Origin: Camelus dromedarius
Taxonomy: Eukaryota
Assembly: GCF_036321535.1 (NCBI RefSeq)
Contig: NC_087436.1
Location: 73,534,001-73,598,000 of the forward strand
DNA length: 64,000 nucleotides
Reading direction: 5' to 3'
The position numbers and the translations under genes are program-made. This document shows positions 13,271 through 26,904 of this stretch, one piece after another (position 1 is the first letter of the stretch; each line of letters begins with the position of its first letter). A model generated the notes under the pieces. The model did no database searches. It was not told the origin of the DNA and saw only the letters and a list, made by a program, of their open reading frames with translations.

Positions 13271-15252
13271 GTAAGTTTCTTTTACTGTGTTTTCTGTGCA
13301 TAAAATTAACTGGATTGTGTCAATTTTGATTTAAAGTTGAGTTTATTTTATAAATTTATTTACGTTTTTTTTTCTTTCTTTCTTTCTTTGAAATCAATAA
13401 ATGGAAGACGTTAGCTTAGTTCCAGAAAAATATCTTTAAGACAATTGCTTTATATGTGATTTGGAGATGGAATTAGCTTCTTCTTTTTTAAAAAAATACT
13501 TTTCTCCCTCTTTGTATTTGGTTTTAGTTAAGCATAATGAATGTTAGTATACTATCTCTAGATTACTTAATCATTTTTTGGCTATTGATTGAAAACTAAA
13601 CTATTTTATTTATATGTTATCTGGTGAGCAGTATGAAGTTAGAAGGTTTTTTTTCATATTATATACTTAAACTTTTAACATAGGACATGTTAATTTATAA
13701 AAAGCAACAATTTTTTAAATTTAGAAGTTTTCTTTACATTGAATCTAATTGGTGTGAAATGATATGAATCAGCTTGAAATCCACACATCCCTTTAGTACA
13801 TCCTTCTTTTTCTTTTTTGTTTCAAATTATTTGCATACTTAAAATAAGGTAGTCGTTTACTTAAGTCATTTATGTTTATTGTCAACTGTGAAATACTCGA
13901 CTGGAAATCTGTGTACAATTTGTTCTATGTATTGTAAAAACATGCATTGTGTAACATTTTAGTGCTATTGAAGAGTGCTATCCTCATACCAGATTGGCTG
14001 CTGCAGTTGGATGTAGGTTTTTCATTTTTCTAGATAATCAGAAGAGTGGACATAATCATGCATTATATAAGTCTAATTTAGACTGAAATTCTAAGGTCTT
14101 TCAAAATCTGAGTAGATAAGTCATAAAGAAATGTAGATGATATTGAGTTTGTACATATTTTATTAAAATAAAAGTAGAGCAGAAATATAGGTAGACATTA
14201 ACTTCACAAAACACCAGTAATAGGAACATTTGAAACTGTGTTGTGTTGAATAGTCACAATTTCTTAGCCTTAAATATCCTTTTTCTTAAATATTTGTTTT
14301 TCTATGATACCTAGCTGACAACTTTATTAATTTCTGAGGGGTGAAAAATCTTTAGTAAATATAATTTGGTTCTCTTGGAAAAAGAGGCTGTCAATCATAT
14401 GACAATACTTAAATACATTATGCACAAGAACACACTTTGAGGGAAAAGATTCTTATTTCTCCTAGTCATTTCTCAGATGAGAAAAAAAGGTGCAATACAC
14501 TTGTTAGAAAACGCTAAAGAAGAAGACTTTCTTTTTTTTTTTTTTTTTTTCATTTTTGCTTAGTAGTTTCAGATTGAAAATTTAGCTCTTTTCTAGATTA
14601 TACTGGATAATTTTTGTATTTTAAAAAATTATATAGTAGCACTTAGGTGTTTTTCCTTTGTTATAAATTTATAATCTAATAATGTTTAAAATCAAGGTTT
14701 TTGCTCTTTATTTATTTGGGCTTTTATTTTTAATTCAGTATCTAAAAATGATCCTTTGGATGAAACAGGATAAACAGTTCTTTGGAGAAAAACACTAGCA
14801 GGCTTATTTTTTCTAGGGAAGATTAAAATATGCACTTAAACTTTCTTCTGAAAATTTACTTGGCCTGAAAGAGTCAATTTTTAGAAATCTAGATACTGAG
14901 AAATGTGGCCTTCAGTTCTGTTATTGATACTTTGTCTTTACTGCTTCATCGAAAGGTAATTCTTAGCTGACACAATGAACTTCATTTTAGATTTATTTAC
15001 CTTGGGTATATTTTATAACCCTTCAATTTTTTAATAAATCTGTCTCCTAATCCTGAAGATATAGCCTATGCTATATCTCTATCAGGATACCTCAGATATT
15101 TGAGTAAAATGAGTATGTATCTTTCCTTCCAAGAGATTGTATTATTATTTGACATTTTTAAGCTCCTATTTGTTTTGTTGTGAATAGTACTACATAAGAA
15201 ATTTTTCTTTATCACCCACTTTTTATTTATTTATTTTTGTCTACCTTTTCAG

Positions 15253-15264
15253 ATGATGTTGAAG
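15253..15264 (+). CDS. USO1: USO1 alternative 12-nt microexon (adds DDVE)
   Basis: long pyrimidine tract ...ttttcag|ATGATGTTGAAG|gtaaaa; phase 1-1, in frame between exons 4 and 5. Confidence 0.85.
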
Positions 15265-16434
15265 GTAAAAGATTGCATTTAATATGCATAACGCTTTTAG
15301 ACATAATTTCTGATAATACAAAAGGATACTATCAAGTAATGTTTCTTCTGGCTGGTAAAAAAAATCTTGAGATTTGTTTCACTATATAAGAATTCCTTAA
15401 TTAAAGAGGAATATTTGATAATCTTATATTACTACTTATATTTCAATGCCTGCTAAATCTATTGTTCAGAACACAGAAAATATTCTAGTTCATATTTTAA
15501 CATGCTTTAGCATAATTAAAGCTTTTGGTCTGGTAGGACAATCTATTTGAATTACTTTTTATGTTCCTGGGAAAAAATTTTGAGGCAGTTTATTTAAAAG
15601 TAAAAATAGTATTTGAATATCTATACATACATACAAAATTTATGTATATTCAGTAAGAACTGGAAGGTATTCCAGTTTGAAATACTTATATGTTGATATT
15701 GTCCCTTTAAAATAATGCATGCACAATAATATCTGTTTACTCACATTTTTTTGTATTAATTTATAAAACTCATCAATATTGTCTTTCTTTTTTTTTGAGA
15801 TCCGTTTCAAGTTCTATTTCCTTTTAACATTGATACTTCTTTTCCTCATAATTAAAGTAACCCAGTTTAATTTTGTTTTATCATTTTTCCTGAGGTCCCT
15901 AACTTTTTCAAATGAGGAAGAGAAAATCCTTACCTAAAGTAGGTTTAAAATGGTACATAACAAAGTTGCCTATACCTAACAAAAAACTAACAAAGAAACT
16001 AACTTATTAGGTGTGTCACACTACCTTTTGTGACATTCGAACCCCTTGTTTGAGAGCAGAAAATACTGAGCATTTATGCCTCGACTCTTGTGACAATGCT
16101 GTTTCCTTATTTGGTAGTACAGATCAGCATTATATTTGTACAGAGCTTTAAATTTTACAGTGCTTTTATGCCCATTATCTTATTTGATCCTCATAGCAGC
16201 CTGTGAGGTAGGTGATATTTTTCTCTTTTTTAAAAATGAGGTAATGAGAACCCAGAGATCAGGTAACTTATACAGTATGATCTAGTAAGTTGGATAGCAG
16301 AATTTTTTTGATACATTTTGTTTTATATTCCAAAGATTTCTGATTTAATAAATTATGGCCATTTTTCTGACTAGATTCTTTATTAAATCTTATAATTTAC
16401 ATAACTAGTTCATAGGATGCAGACAGATGTTAAA

Positions 16435-18158
16435 AAATATGGATGTACTTTTTATTGTTGAATAGTATTTTGTTGTATGAATTTATAAAATTTGCTAATT
16501 CATTCCCCTGTTGGTAGTCATTTGGGTTTTTTGCAGTTTTTAGCTGGTAAACATAAAGCTTTTATGTACAAGTTTTTGTGTGTTTCATTTCTCTTGAATA
16601 AATACACAGGCTAAGTGATACAGTATGTGTATGTTTAACTCTGTAAGAAACTACCAAACTGTTTCTCAAAGTAGTTGTACCATTTTACATTCCTACGGTG
16701 GTGTATGAGAATCCCAGTTCCTCTTCATACTCTTATACTTGATATGGTCAGTCTTAAAATTTTAGCTGTTCTAATAGATGTGAAATTGTATCTCATGGTA
16801 GTTTTTATTTGTATTTTCAAAACGAATAATTATATTGAACAATTTTTCATGCTATAATTTGCCATACATATTCCTTTCTTCTTTGAAGTGTTTATTCAAA
16901 TCCTTTGTTAATTTTTTACTGAGTTGTCTTCTCATACTTGAGTTGTAAGAGTTCTGTGTGTTTTCCAGATAAAAGTTCTTGTGATATATATTTCACAAAT
17001 ACTTTCTCCCAATCTGTGACTTACCTTTTTATTTTCATAACATTGTATTTTTTTAATATATATGTTTTGCTTTATTTTTGGAAGGGAGATAATTAGGTTT
17101 ATTTATTTACTTATTTTAATGGAGGTACTAGAAATTGAACTGAGGACCACTGAGCTGTACCCTCCTCTAACGTTGTATTTTGAAGAGCAAAATTTTGCAT
17201 TTTGGTTGTCTAGTTTACCTTTTTTTTCTTATATAATTTGGGCCTTTTGTTTCCTATTTATGAAATCTTTGCCAGATCTAAAATCACTAACATTTTGTCC
17301 TATGTTTTCTTTTTAAAGTTTTATAGTTTTAACTCTTATGACTAGGCCTGTGAGCAAATAGGTCTGTTTCTGGACTTATTATTCTGTTGGTCTTCTGTGT
17401 GTGTCATTTTGCCTACATGACGCTGTCTTGATTACTGTAGCTTTATAAGTCTTGAAATTATGTAGTGTTAAGTCCTCTAACTTTGTTTCCTTTTCAAAAT
17501 TATTTTGGATCTTTTTGGTCCTTTCAACTCCCATATCATTTTAGAATCAGTTTGTCAATTTCTACAAAGGGCTGACTGAGATCTTGATTGGGATTCTGTT
17601 AAATATACAGATTGATTTTGGAGAAGACAAACATTTTAGCAGTATTGTGCCTTCTAATACAAGAACATGGTATATATATTTATTTAAGTCTTCTTTCATT
17701 TCTCTCAGCACCATTTTTGAGTTTTCAAAGTATAAGTCATACAGGTTTTATCAGATTTATCCCTAAGTCTTTAATACTTTTTGATGCTGTTTTAAGTGGT
17801 GCTGTTTTAAAATTTTGATTTCTAATTGTTCATCACCAGTAAGTAAAGATGCAGTTAATTTTGTATATTGACCTTTTATCTTGCAACTTTGCTAAACTCA
17901 CTTATTAGTTCTAATAGGATTTATTGTAGATTCCATAGGATTTTCTACATAGACAAACATATCATCTGTAAATACAGTTTTACTTCTTTCCAATCTGTAT
18001 GCCTGTGGCCCTGTGGCACTAACATCTCCAGTATGATGCCGACTAGAATTTGTGAAAGTGGATATTCTCGCCTCTTTCCTCATCTTAAGTGGAAAGCATT
18101 CAGCCTTTTACCATTAAGTGTAGAGTTGGCTGTAAGCTTTTTGTAGATGCCCTTTATC
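16435..18158 (-). mobile_element. L1 ORF2/3' remnant interrupted by a SINE
   Basis: degenerate RT motif VFTDDMFVYVENP in ORF 17898..18083. Confidence 0.8.
17052..17167 (-). mobile_element. vic-1-like SINE with internal deletion
   Basis: aatggaggtactagaaattgaac...actgagctgtaccctcc; TSD taac(a/g)ttgtatttt at 17038-17051 and 17168-17181. Confidence 0.8.
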
Positions 18159-18630
18159 ATCCAGTCTTGTGACTTTAAATCATTATTATGTTTATCACTC
18201 TAATGTATATGTCTAACCCAAACCTATCCACTGACAGCCAAGCTTGTTTTTAATTAACTGCCTACTTGATGAATATCTCCAAATTTTTATGTATCTCAAA
18301 ATTTGATACATCCAAAACTAAATTTCTGGTTCTCTCTATACTCTGAACTTGCTTCCTCCACAGTGTTTCCAGTCGGTAAATGGCAATACTATTCTTCCAG
18401 TCTTCAGGCCAAAACCTTAGAATCACTCTTCCTTTTTTTCCCCACCTTCTCACACCCCTTCTAAGCAATATGTCAGCAAATCCTGTTCCCTCTGTTTTCA
18501 TAAGAATTATGACCACTGTCTAAGTCACCTTCATCCCTTACCCTGATGATTGCCTCCTAATCAGTCTCCCAATTATTTCCCTCTTTCCCTGACATTATCT
18601 TCTTAGCACAGCCAGGCTAGTCCTTTTAAA
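18158..18630 (+). mobile_element. L2 remnant
   Basis: L2-typical ctgcctacttga...atccaaaactaaa...aaatggcaatactatt...caggccaaaaccttagaatca. Confidence 0.65.
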
Positions 18631-19822
18631 AGTAAAGTATTTTTTGTTTGAGTAATGTAGTTTTAAGGTCCAGAAACAGTTAATTCTTTTACTGATACAA
18701 GAGATGATAAAAAGAAATATTTCTTAGGGTTTCTGAAGGAAAAACCTAGCATATTAATCAATATTGGAAAACATTTCTACTTGTGGTCTCTTCTCTTTTC
18801 TCTTTTCTCTATAAATAATTAGATGTGATTATCACTGTCACTGTTGGATTGCCTTGCTTTTCTTGTCAGTACTTGTCACTACTTGCTTTCTAAAGCGTAT
18901 TAGTATTACAGTGTCACATTTGAAAAAGAACTGTTTGAGGGGTAATAAATGTATTTGATCTTGACTGCCAACTCCATTGGTTTATAGTCACTGCCTGGAG
19001 CAACATGTGGAAAAGGATTAGCTGTGTCTGGTATGGGTGAGGGAATGAGGAGTAGTGTACTTGCCATCTCTAAATTGCATTTATAGTGTAGGCAGATTTT
19101 AAATGATAATTTACTTTTGCAATTGTTGCTTCAGTTTTTAGTGATCCTTTACATTTTTTTGATAAAATACATTGAAACAACAGATGGTTTAATCTAAAGA
19201 CCTTTAAGTCTTAAGGACAAATATAAAATCTTTTAAAGAACAAGTAAAAAATTAATTGTCAAATTTAAAAATTCTGGTTTTATTGCCAAATAATTTTATA
19301 GGATATATATGTTAATTTTTTTTTAAAAAAGATACTGAAGGATCTGCAGATGATTGGTTTGATTTTATAATTAAATTATTTAACTCAGTAACAGTAAGAA
19401 CTGTATGTTCAATAATGTTTGGGGGAGGAGATTTTGAGGTATAATTTACATATATTAATATTTATTCTTTGGGCAAAGGTATATAGTAGCATAACGACTA
19501 TCACATTTGAGATAGAATATTTCCATCACCCTAGTAAGTTCCCTTGTGCTCTAGAGTTTTAACCTAAAAAATGACCTTGAGAAAATGTGAAAAATCTAAA
19601 TGTATTTTCTTTGAATAGCATATTTTAACATTTAAAAAATAAAAATTCATTTAAATGATATTGAAAGTTATTTTTAGGATATGTCTTTCCAGCAAAATTG
19701 TGATACTACTTCCGACATACAGTTCCAAGAAAATTATCATTTCTGCTTAGCCTCTGTAACAAAAAGGATACTTTAAAACAACAAAGCATCATATTCAAGT
19801 ACCTTATCTTTGAATGTTACAG

Positions 19823-19923
19823 AAGAAAACTCCACAAGGCAGAATGAGGATTTGGGAAGCCAGTTTACAGAAATTTTCATTAAGCAGCAAGAAAATGTCA
19901 CTCTCCTGTTATCTTTATTAGAG
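19823..19923 (+). CDS. USO1: USO1 exon 5 (EENSTRQNEDLGSQFTEIFIKQQENVTLLLSLLE)
   Basis: ttacag|AA GAA...GAG|gtaatt; 101 nt, phase 1-0. Confidence 0.97.
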
Positions 19924-20333
19924 GTAATTAAAGAACCTTGCTATTTTTGTCATTTTATAAGCTTCTTTTGTTGCCTCTTTGGGTGTTACTGAGGAAGCAA
20001 CATATATATATATACCTTTTTAAGGTTGTAAAATTTGTTGTATCATTGAAAGAGATTTACATGTTTGTTTTAAGAGCCTTATAGTGTGTTAAAATATTGA
20101 TTACTTCTTATTTCCAGTTTTATAAAATACTGTTTTATCTAGTCAATAATAGTTTAATCAATTTGGTCAATTTATATTAACTCATTTCTTTTTATTGCTT
20201 TTTATTCTTAGTTTTTTAAAGTTCTCCAAACTCTTTTTTGTTTCTAGTTTTTTGTGCTACTGGTATTAGTTGAAAAAAAATGTTTTTCTTGAAAATGTGA
20301 GTTACAAATGTTAAATATTTTAAATTCTTATAG

Positions 20334-20436
20334 GAGTTTGATTTCCACGTCCGCTGGCCTGGTGTGAAGCTTCTTACTTCTCTTTTAAAACAGCTAGGGC
20401 CTCAAGTGCAGCAAATTATTTTAGTCAGTCCCATGG
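20334..20436 (+). CDS. USO1: USO1 exon 6 (EFDFHVRWPGVKLLTSLLKQLGPQVQQIILVSPM)
   Basis: tatag|GAG...ATG G|gtgagt; 103 nt. Confidence 0.97.
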
Positions 20437-20592
20437 GTGAGTGACTCATCTTCCTTATATAATTTTGGATTTAAAGTGAGGATCGTTCCTAAAGAGGGTG
20501 ACTGAAATGATGTGTTAATAAATTGTTTATAATTTGAATCACTGTTTGTAATTTTGATCTGCCAGTGTTTTTCACATAGTTATATGTTTCAG

Positions 20593-20648
20593 GTGTTTCA
20601 AGATTGATGGACTTACTAGCGGATTCCAGGGAAGTTATACGTAATGAT
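20593..20648 (+). CDS. USO1: USO1 exon 7 (GVSRLMDLLADSREVIRND)
   Basis: tttcag|GT GTT...GAT|gtaagt; 56 nt. Confidence 0.97.
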
Positions 20649-21277
20649 GTAAGTTAAACTTGAAAAAAGTCTAAGAATATGCATTTTGTTTTCTCTCTTT
20701 GTAAATGAAATCTTTGTTGACCCTTATTCAGAGCCATAAAAAGTTAGACTTGGAATGTTGGGGTATTAGACAATCTTTTAGACCTTTTAAAGTCATATAC
20801 AAGGCCACATTTTTTCTTTGTTTTCTGCCTATTCAGTATTTTGGCTTAGACAAATGATTTTGCTATTCAAACTTATGCATTCCACAAGTTTAGGATTTCT
20901 TTCATCCTTTTCTGAAGGGTTGTACTGACACCAAAGTCTCCCTCCAGAAAGAGTAGAGGAAACATCCCCATACATTGAACTGCATGACCTTAACAAAGTG
21001 TCACATTTGGAATCCTCACTCTTATTCGATTGAATGCATATTTCAAAGGATTTTCCTTGTAATCTTTATTTAACTATAGAGCATGATTTGCTCTAGAGTT
21101 AATTTTCCATTCTAATTTATTTTAGTGTTTGCATATATATTTGAATATTTTGTATTGATACAATATTGTTTTGTTGCTTGAACATTTTTCTCTGTTATCT
21201 ACAACTTGATCAAAACCTTAATACTCTTTACACAACAATTGGAAAAAATTTTTTTTTAATTAGAGCTAGGAGATTTT

Positions 21278-21366
21278 TTTTTCCTTAATGGAGATACTGG
21301 GGGTTAACTCAGGACCTCATGCACACCAAGCACACGCTCTACCACTGAGCTATATCCCTCACTCCC
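21278..21366 (-). mobile_element. vic-1-like SINE
   Basis: tRNA-like head; TSD ga(g/a)ctaggagatttt at 21263-21277 and 21369-21383. Confidence 0.85.
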
Positions 21367-24300
21367 TGGAACTAGGAGATTTTATCAAGCTAATTCAGTC
21401 TCCACGTATACACTTAGAAGCCCAAGACTTACAGAAACTGAGTGACTTGTTTTTGTTAGTGATGTCTTACTCATCTTTATATTTGTGGTACTTGGCCCTG
21501 TCCCTTTCTCATCTTAAGTGCTAGTAAACAACATTTGGATTGCCCTTAGCCTCACAACTGGTTCATGGCAAAGCAGAGATAAAACTGAAATGCTCTTGAC
21601 TTAGGTCCACATGGACAGGTTGTTTTAGCTTTGTGTTTAAAATTTTGTAGTACATATATCAGTGCAGTATTGTAAGTGGAGAAATGATAATGTAACTCAT
21701 GAGAAGGACATTTTTTATTCTTTTAAGAATTGTGTACCTATCTATTAGGAAGTTTGTGTGTCTTTTCTTAACTAAAATATTACTATATATCCTAAACCTG
21801 AATGTGTTATTTTACTCCTCTCTTGGCCCTCAGTTTAAATAAAACGGTACCACATAAACCATTTAAAAAGAGATTCTCTCCTTGGATTGTTATTAGTACC
21901 ATCACCATTTATTTTCATTTTCATATATAATTTGTGTGTATATATAACTGCATCAAGTTGGTTCTTAAATATACCATTTCCTTTAACTTTCTACTTTTTT
22001 TTTCTGCTCTTAACCTTTTCTCCTCAACTTTTATTAGAAACAGATAAAATGATTCTATTTTATGTTGGTTTTCATTAATTTTATGATTAGGGATTAAGTT
22101 ATACTTTTGCTGTAGTGTTTAGATTTTGGAGTTTTACATGTCTTCAGCCATTTTGTCTTTGGTTTTAGTAAACCTATTCATTGAATTTCTTGTAGACATT
22201 TACTATCAAACATTATGCAATAAAACACACCAAAATCTAGCACAATTGACACTGTCAACCAGAGGAAACTAACTGTCACCTCTGGCAATTATTAGTAGCA
22301 CTCTGTAACTGTCTCAAATAATAGACTGCTTTTTCCTCCCTCTTTTGTACCTTTTTCTTTATCCTTCTTTTAAAATTCTCTTTTCTTTTCCTTCTTTTTA
22401 ATCTTTCTAATTGCATTGAATGACAGTCATCAACATTGGCTAACCTCCCTAGGAGCCTGTTGGTAAAGATTTTTAGCCCCCTTTTGTTTTATATTTGAAA
22501 GATTGATTTTGAACTGGATTTAGAGAACCAGTTGGTCATTTACCATAGGTACACTGAACTATCATATTTATTTGTTACTTAGTGCTTAAAAATTAGCAAG
22601 AAAAGTTGAGAAAACTGTCAGAAGTAATGACTAGCTCACTTCTAAGTGATAGACTGTAATTTCATTCTTTAATTTTTAGTTTTTTATAATGAAAAAGGTA
22701 AATACACACAAAAGTAGAGAATACAAACAAACTCACCCCTTAAATCCATTAATTTTCAAGATTTTGTTATATTTGCTTCACCTACCCCTCCCATCACCAC
22801 TCCTTTATTTTTACTGGAGTATTTAAAAGCAGTCGAAACATCTGAATAATTTCACCATTATACATACTTCAGTTCCCAGTTGTCTCATAAATGTCTTTTA
22901 CAGTTGGTTTCTTCAAATCAGGACCCAGACGAAGTTCTCCCATTATATTTGATTGTTAATGTCTATTAACTATCTAAAGGGCTTGATTAGGTTCTGGTTC
23001 ACCTCTTTGCTAGAGTGTTTCCTAGGTGATGCAGCCTACTTAATTTTACAACACATCAAGAAATGTAATATCTGGCTGTCCCACTTGTAGTGGTCAGTGG
23101 GTTTGATTCAGGTGGTGACAACCAGATCCCTATATTGTAAAGTTCTCTTTCCTCCATTAAATCTGATCATTCATTAGTGGTCATTGCCTGAATCTGTTAT
23201 TTTGTTAAGGGTTTCAAAACAGTGATTTTATAATTCTGTCATTCTTCTACATTTATTCAGCTTTAATCTTCCACAGTGAAGAACTCTGCTTTATCAACCA
23301 GTATATTTTATTGCCCTGAAATGTAATTCATACATGAAAGAGAGGATAAATAGATCAATCTCATTAATTACCAGTTTTTAAAGTAAGGAATTGGTGCCCA
23401 CTTGCTTTCAATGACTAATGAGTGTACTTTTCGTTCTTAATAGCATTTAGTGGATGTGTTTGATTGAAGAATGTACCTCTTAATAGTCGGGGAAAGAAAC
23501 TGATAAGTGTTGAGAACCTAGGTTCTATAGAAGTTATGTCATCTCCTTTAATCCTCATAAAAACCATGACAAAAATATCATCCTTGTTTTACACGTGGGT
23601 ATACTAAGATTCCAAATTTATGTAATTTGCTTTAAGTCGCACTAGTAAGTACAACAACCCTTTTTAAAACCCACCGTATCTAACTCACAGCCTCAATGTT
23701 TGTTCCACTGTATTTCCTCCTTCCTTTGTTAACAGTTAATCTCAAATTAGCATTAGGTAGGAGAATTTGACATGTAAAAGTAAACACTTTTGCTTTCTCT
23801 CTCATCTTAATATTGAGACTGGATAGTCAGGAAAATTAGTAGGATAAGCCCAGTTAGGCCATAGGCATTTTTTGTCTTAACATGAATACTTATATGCCCA
23901 GTATTGACAGCCAGCAAAAATTTTGGAACTTTTGAACTACCTACTTGCTATTCCTCTTCCTCCAAATAATAACCTGCTTTTTTTATTAAATATTTACTGT
24001 CTCTTTGACCTAATGGTATTCTTGGGCTCTTCTGGGCTCGTAAAATACTTGTTTGATAGTAAAATAATCAGAAATTGTTAACAGTGAGTTTTTCTTGAAT
24101 AATAAAGAGGTTGCAGAGTATATAGACTAAATCTAGCCCAACAGGAGCTGAGAAAAACTAAAAATCAGAAGCAAGAGACTATTGAGAATTGTCTTGTATT
24201 AGACATGCCATTCAGGAGGCTAGATTCTTTCTTTTTTCTATTAACTTAGAGTCAAGTTTGGGGTATTTGCAGGCCAGATAATTATAAGAATATCTGAAAT

Positions 24301-24741
24301 TTCTCTGCTAGAATGTGATGGTGTTTATTGATTTATATTAGTGAATTCACAGTTTCTTATTGTTACTGTTGTGAAGTATGTGCAGAGGCATTACTGAGAC
24401 AGATATAATCATGTTCAGCTCTCTTAGACCACAATGAAAGCTGTGTAATGATTGATTGATGACTGTACAAGAATTGTCATACATTTATATTACACAGTGG
24501 AGAGAACTGAATTAGGAATTGGTGGACATGGATTTTAGCCAAGGCTCTGACCCTTTGAGATCTATGTAGCTTAGGGAGGCAAATTGCTTACTTTCTCTGT
24601 CCTTGTTTTCCCTCTCTATAAAGTGAAGAAGTTGCGCTTGTAAGTTTCCTGCCACTGCTAAAACTCTGTGGTTTTTTAAGTAGTTTTTAAATGTCTTTTA
24701 AAAGTTGTACTCCACTTAACATTATCTTTCTTCTCCGTAAG

Positions 24742-24862
24742 GGCGTCTTACTGCTACAGGCACTAACAAGAAGCAATGGAGCAATCCAGAAAATTGTTGC
24801 TTTTGAAAATGCTTTTGAAAGATTACTGGACATTATTACAGAGGAGGGGAACAGTGATGGAG
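24742..24862 (+). CDS. USO1: USO1 exon 8 (GVLLLQALTRSNGAIQKIVAFENAFERLLDIITEEGNSDG)
   Basis: cgtaag|GGC...GGA G|gtatag; 121 nt; overlaps ORF 24691..24873. Confidence 0.97.
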
Positions 24863-26904
24863 GTATAGTATGAAGAGATTGATTTGAAGAGATTCTTTTT
24901 GTTCTCATTGAATTGTTAACTTTTCAGGAATGCGATTGAAGGGAGAAAGAAGGAGTGTACTTTTTTGTTGGTTTGTTAAGTGTTGAGAGAGGCTTCCTTG
25001 GGGGATGACCTATGCTTTATATTCTTTCTTCCACTATGGTGTGTTGAGTATCTGTTTCTTTTTATTTATGTTTAATAGTTGGTAGACTTCCAGAGTCTAG
25101 GTTGATGTTTTTATCATTTCCAGAAAATCTCAGCTATATCATGTCAAATACTGCTCTGCCACATTTTCTCCTGTCTTTCTAAACTCAGGTTCAATTCTCT
25201 GTCTTCTGATTAGGCTCTCACTCTGTCACTTTCTTTTCTGCGTTTTCCATCTTTTTATCTTTCCAGGCGTTCTTCTGGATTGTTTCTACTGACCTGCTCT
25301 CTGTTTCAACTCTTCTCTCTTTACCTGTGTTTGATTGGCTATTAAATGTGTCTATTGAGTTTTAAATTTTTCTTTTCTAGAAGTTCTGTTTTGTTCTTTG
25401 GCAAACTTACTAGGTAATTTTTTATAACTTCCTTTTTTCTGCTTGTATTTTCAACTTACTTTTTATTTCTTTGAACTTAAGAAACAACTATTTCATAGTC
25501 TTTGTCTGATATTCCTAGTACTTTAAGTCTTTGTGGGTCTGGTAGTTGCTCTACTGGTTCTTAAGCATGGTATGTGGTTATCTTTGACTATGTTTTGTGT
25601 CACACTTAATAGAATTACTTACCGGAATTTGAATCCTGGAGAAGAATGTGTTTGTTTCTGCCAAGCCCTGGGGGTGCAGATTATCTGAGATCACCTTAAT
25701 CCAAACTTAAGACTTAACATTTCCTGGACCACTCAGGCAATGCAAACCCAGGCTACAAAATTTATGAGAACTAGTTAACTTCTCATTATTCTCACCCTGA
25801 GGATATATATATCCCTTTGAGGTCCTGATTTATTAGGTGAAGAGTTTTCTGTTAGATTTCTTCTTTACCTTGTGTATACCCTTGGCTTTGATTTATTTTC
25901 CTTCTGTCCCATGAGAATGTCAAAATGAACGTTTTAGATTTATCAAGATCAAGAAATGTACTCCCAGCCAAAAGGTAGTTTTATACTTGTTTAGCTGTGT
26001 AGATACCCATTTTCTTGTCAGTTTTAGCCTGCTAAACTGTCACTTCTTCATTGCTCCTAGGCTTTTTTTTTTTTTTTTAATTCAGGGGTTTTAGTTGTTT
26101 TTAATGAGAAGTTGAACCAAAAATCTAGCATTAAGGTCAGAAGAGAGAATGAGTTTATTTGCATTCACTGAACTGAGGTTAGCAAGTAGTGTTGGATAGT
26201 TGACAGTTGGCTTACTAATCTGGAGGGCAGGGCTGGGCTGGAAATAAAGATTTCTTTTTAATTGTTTTGTTTTGTTTTTTTTACTCACACTTTTTTTGTA
26301 CAACATTAAAGAAAGTGGACTTCATTCTAAAAAATTCTGTGTCATGTTGTAAATACAACAGTTTACAATGTTGTGTCAATTTCTGGTGTGTGGAAATAAA
26401 TATCTGAGAGTCTTTAGAATATAGATGAAACAAAATTAGATAAACAAGAGAGTTTAGGTGAGTCATTTAGAATAAGTGAAGAGTGAGGAGGGAAGTGCTG
26501 GGACAGAGCCTAAGGTATACAAATAGTTAAGAAATCTTAGAGGAGGAGGCATTAGTAAGAGAGACTGTGAGAAGATACAGGCTGAGAGGCAAGAGGAGAG
26601 CCACACTTTTTGAAGGATTAGGAGAGCAGGTACCAGTCTTAGAAGTCACTGAGCTATCAAGATAAGGACATGTATCTATAGGATAAGAATTGTATCTAAA
26701 GGATTTAGACTATGAACATCATTGATGACCTTGGGGAGAGCATTTATGTGTAGTGGTTGCCTCAGAATCCAGATTGAAGTATCAGAAGAGTGAATTACAA
26801 GAGGGAAAATTGAATAGTAGAGAAAACACATCAGGAATCTGATAAAGACAGGGGGCACAGAAGTGAACAGAAACTGGAGGTTGACAAAGAATGATTTTTC
26901 TCTT

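Noticed and set aside
13963..14016. Possible extra cassette exon in intron 4 (acceptors at 13962/13992; donors GTAGGT at 14013 or GTTTTT at 14017)
   Set aside because: The better donor is frameshifting, the in-frame donor is very weak, the pyrimidine tracts are poor, and I recognise no matching p115 isoform; needs RNA-seq.
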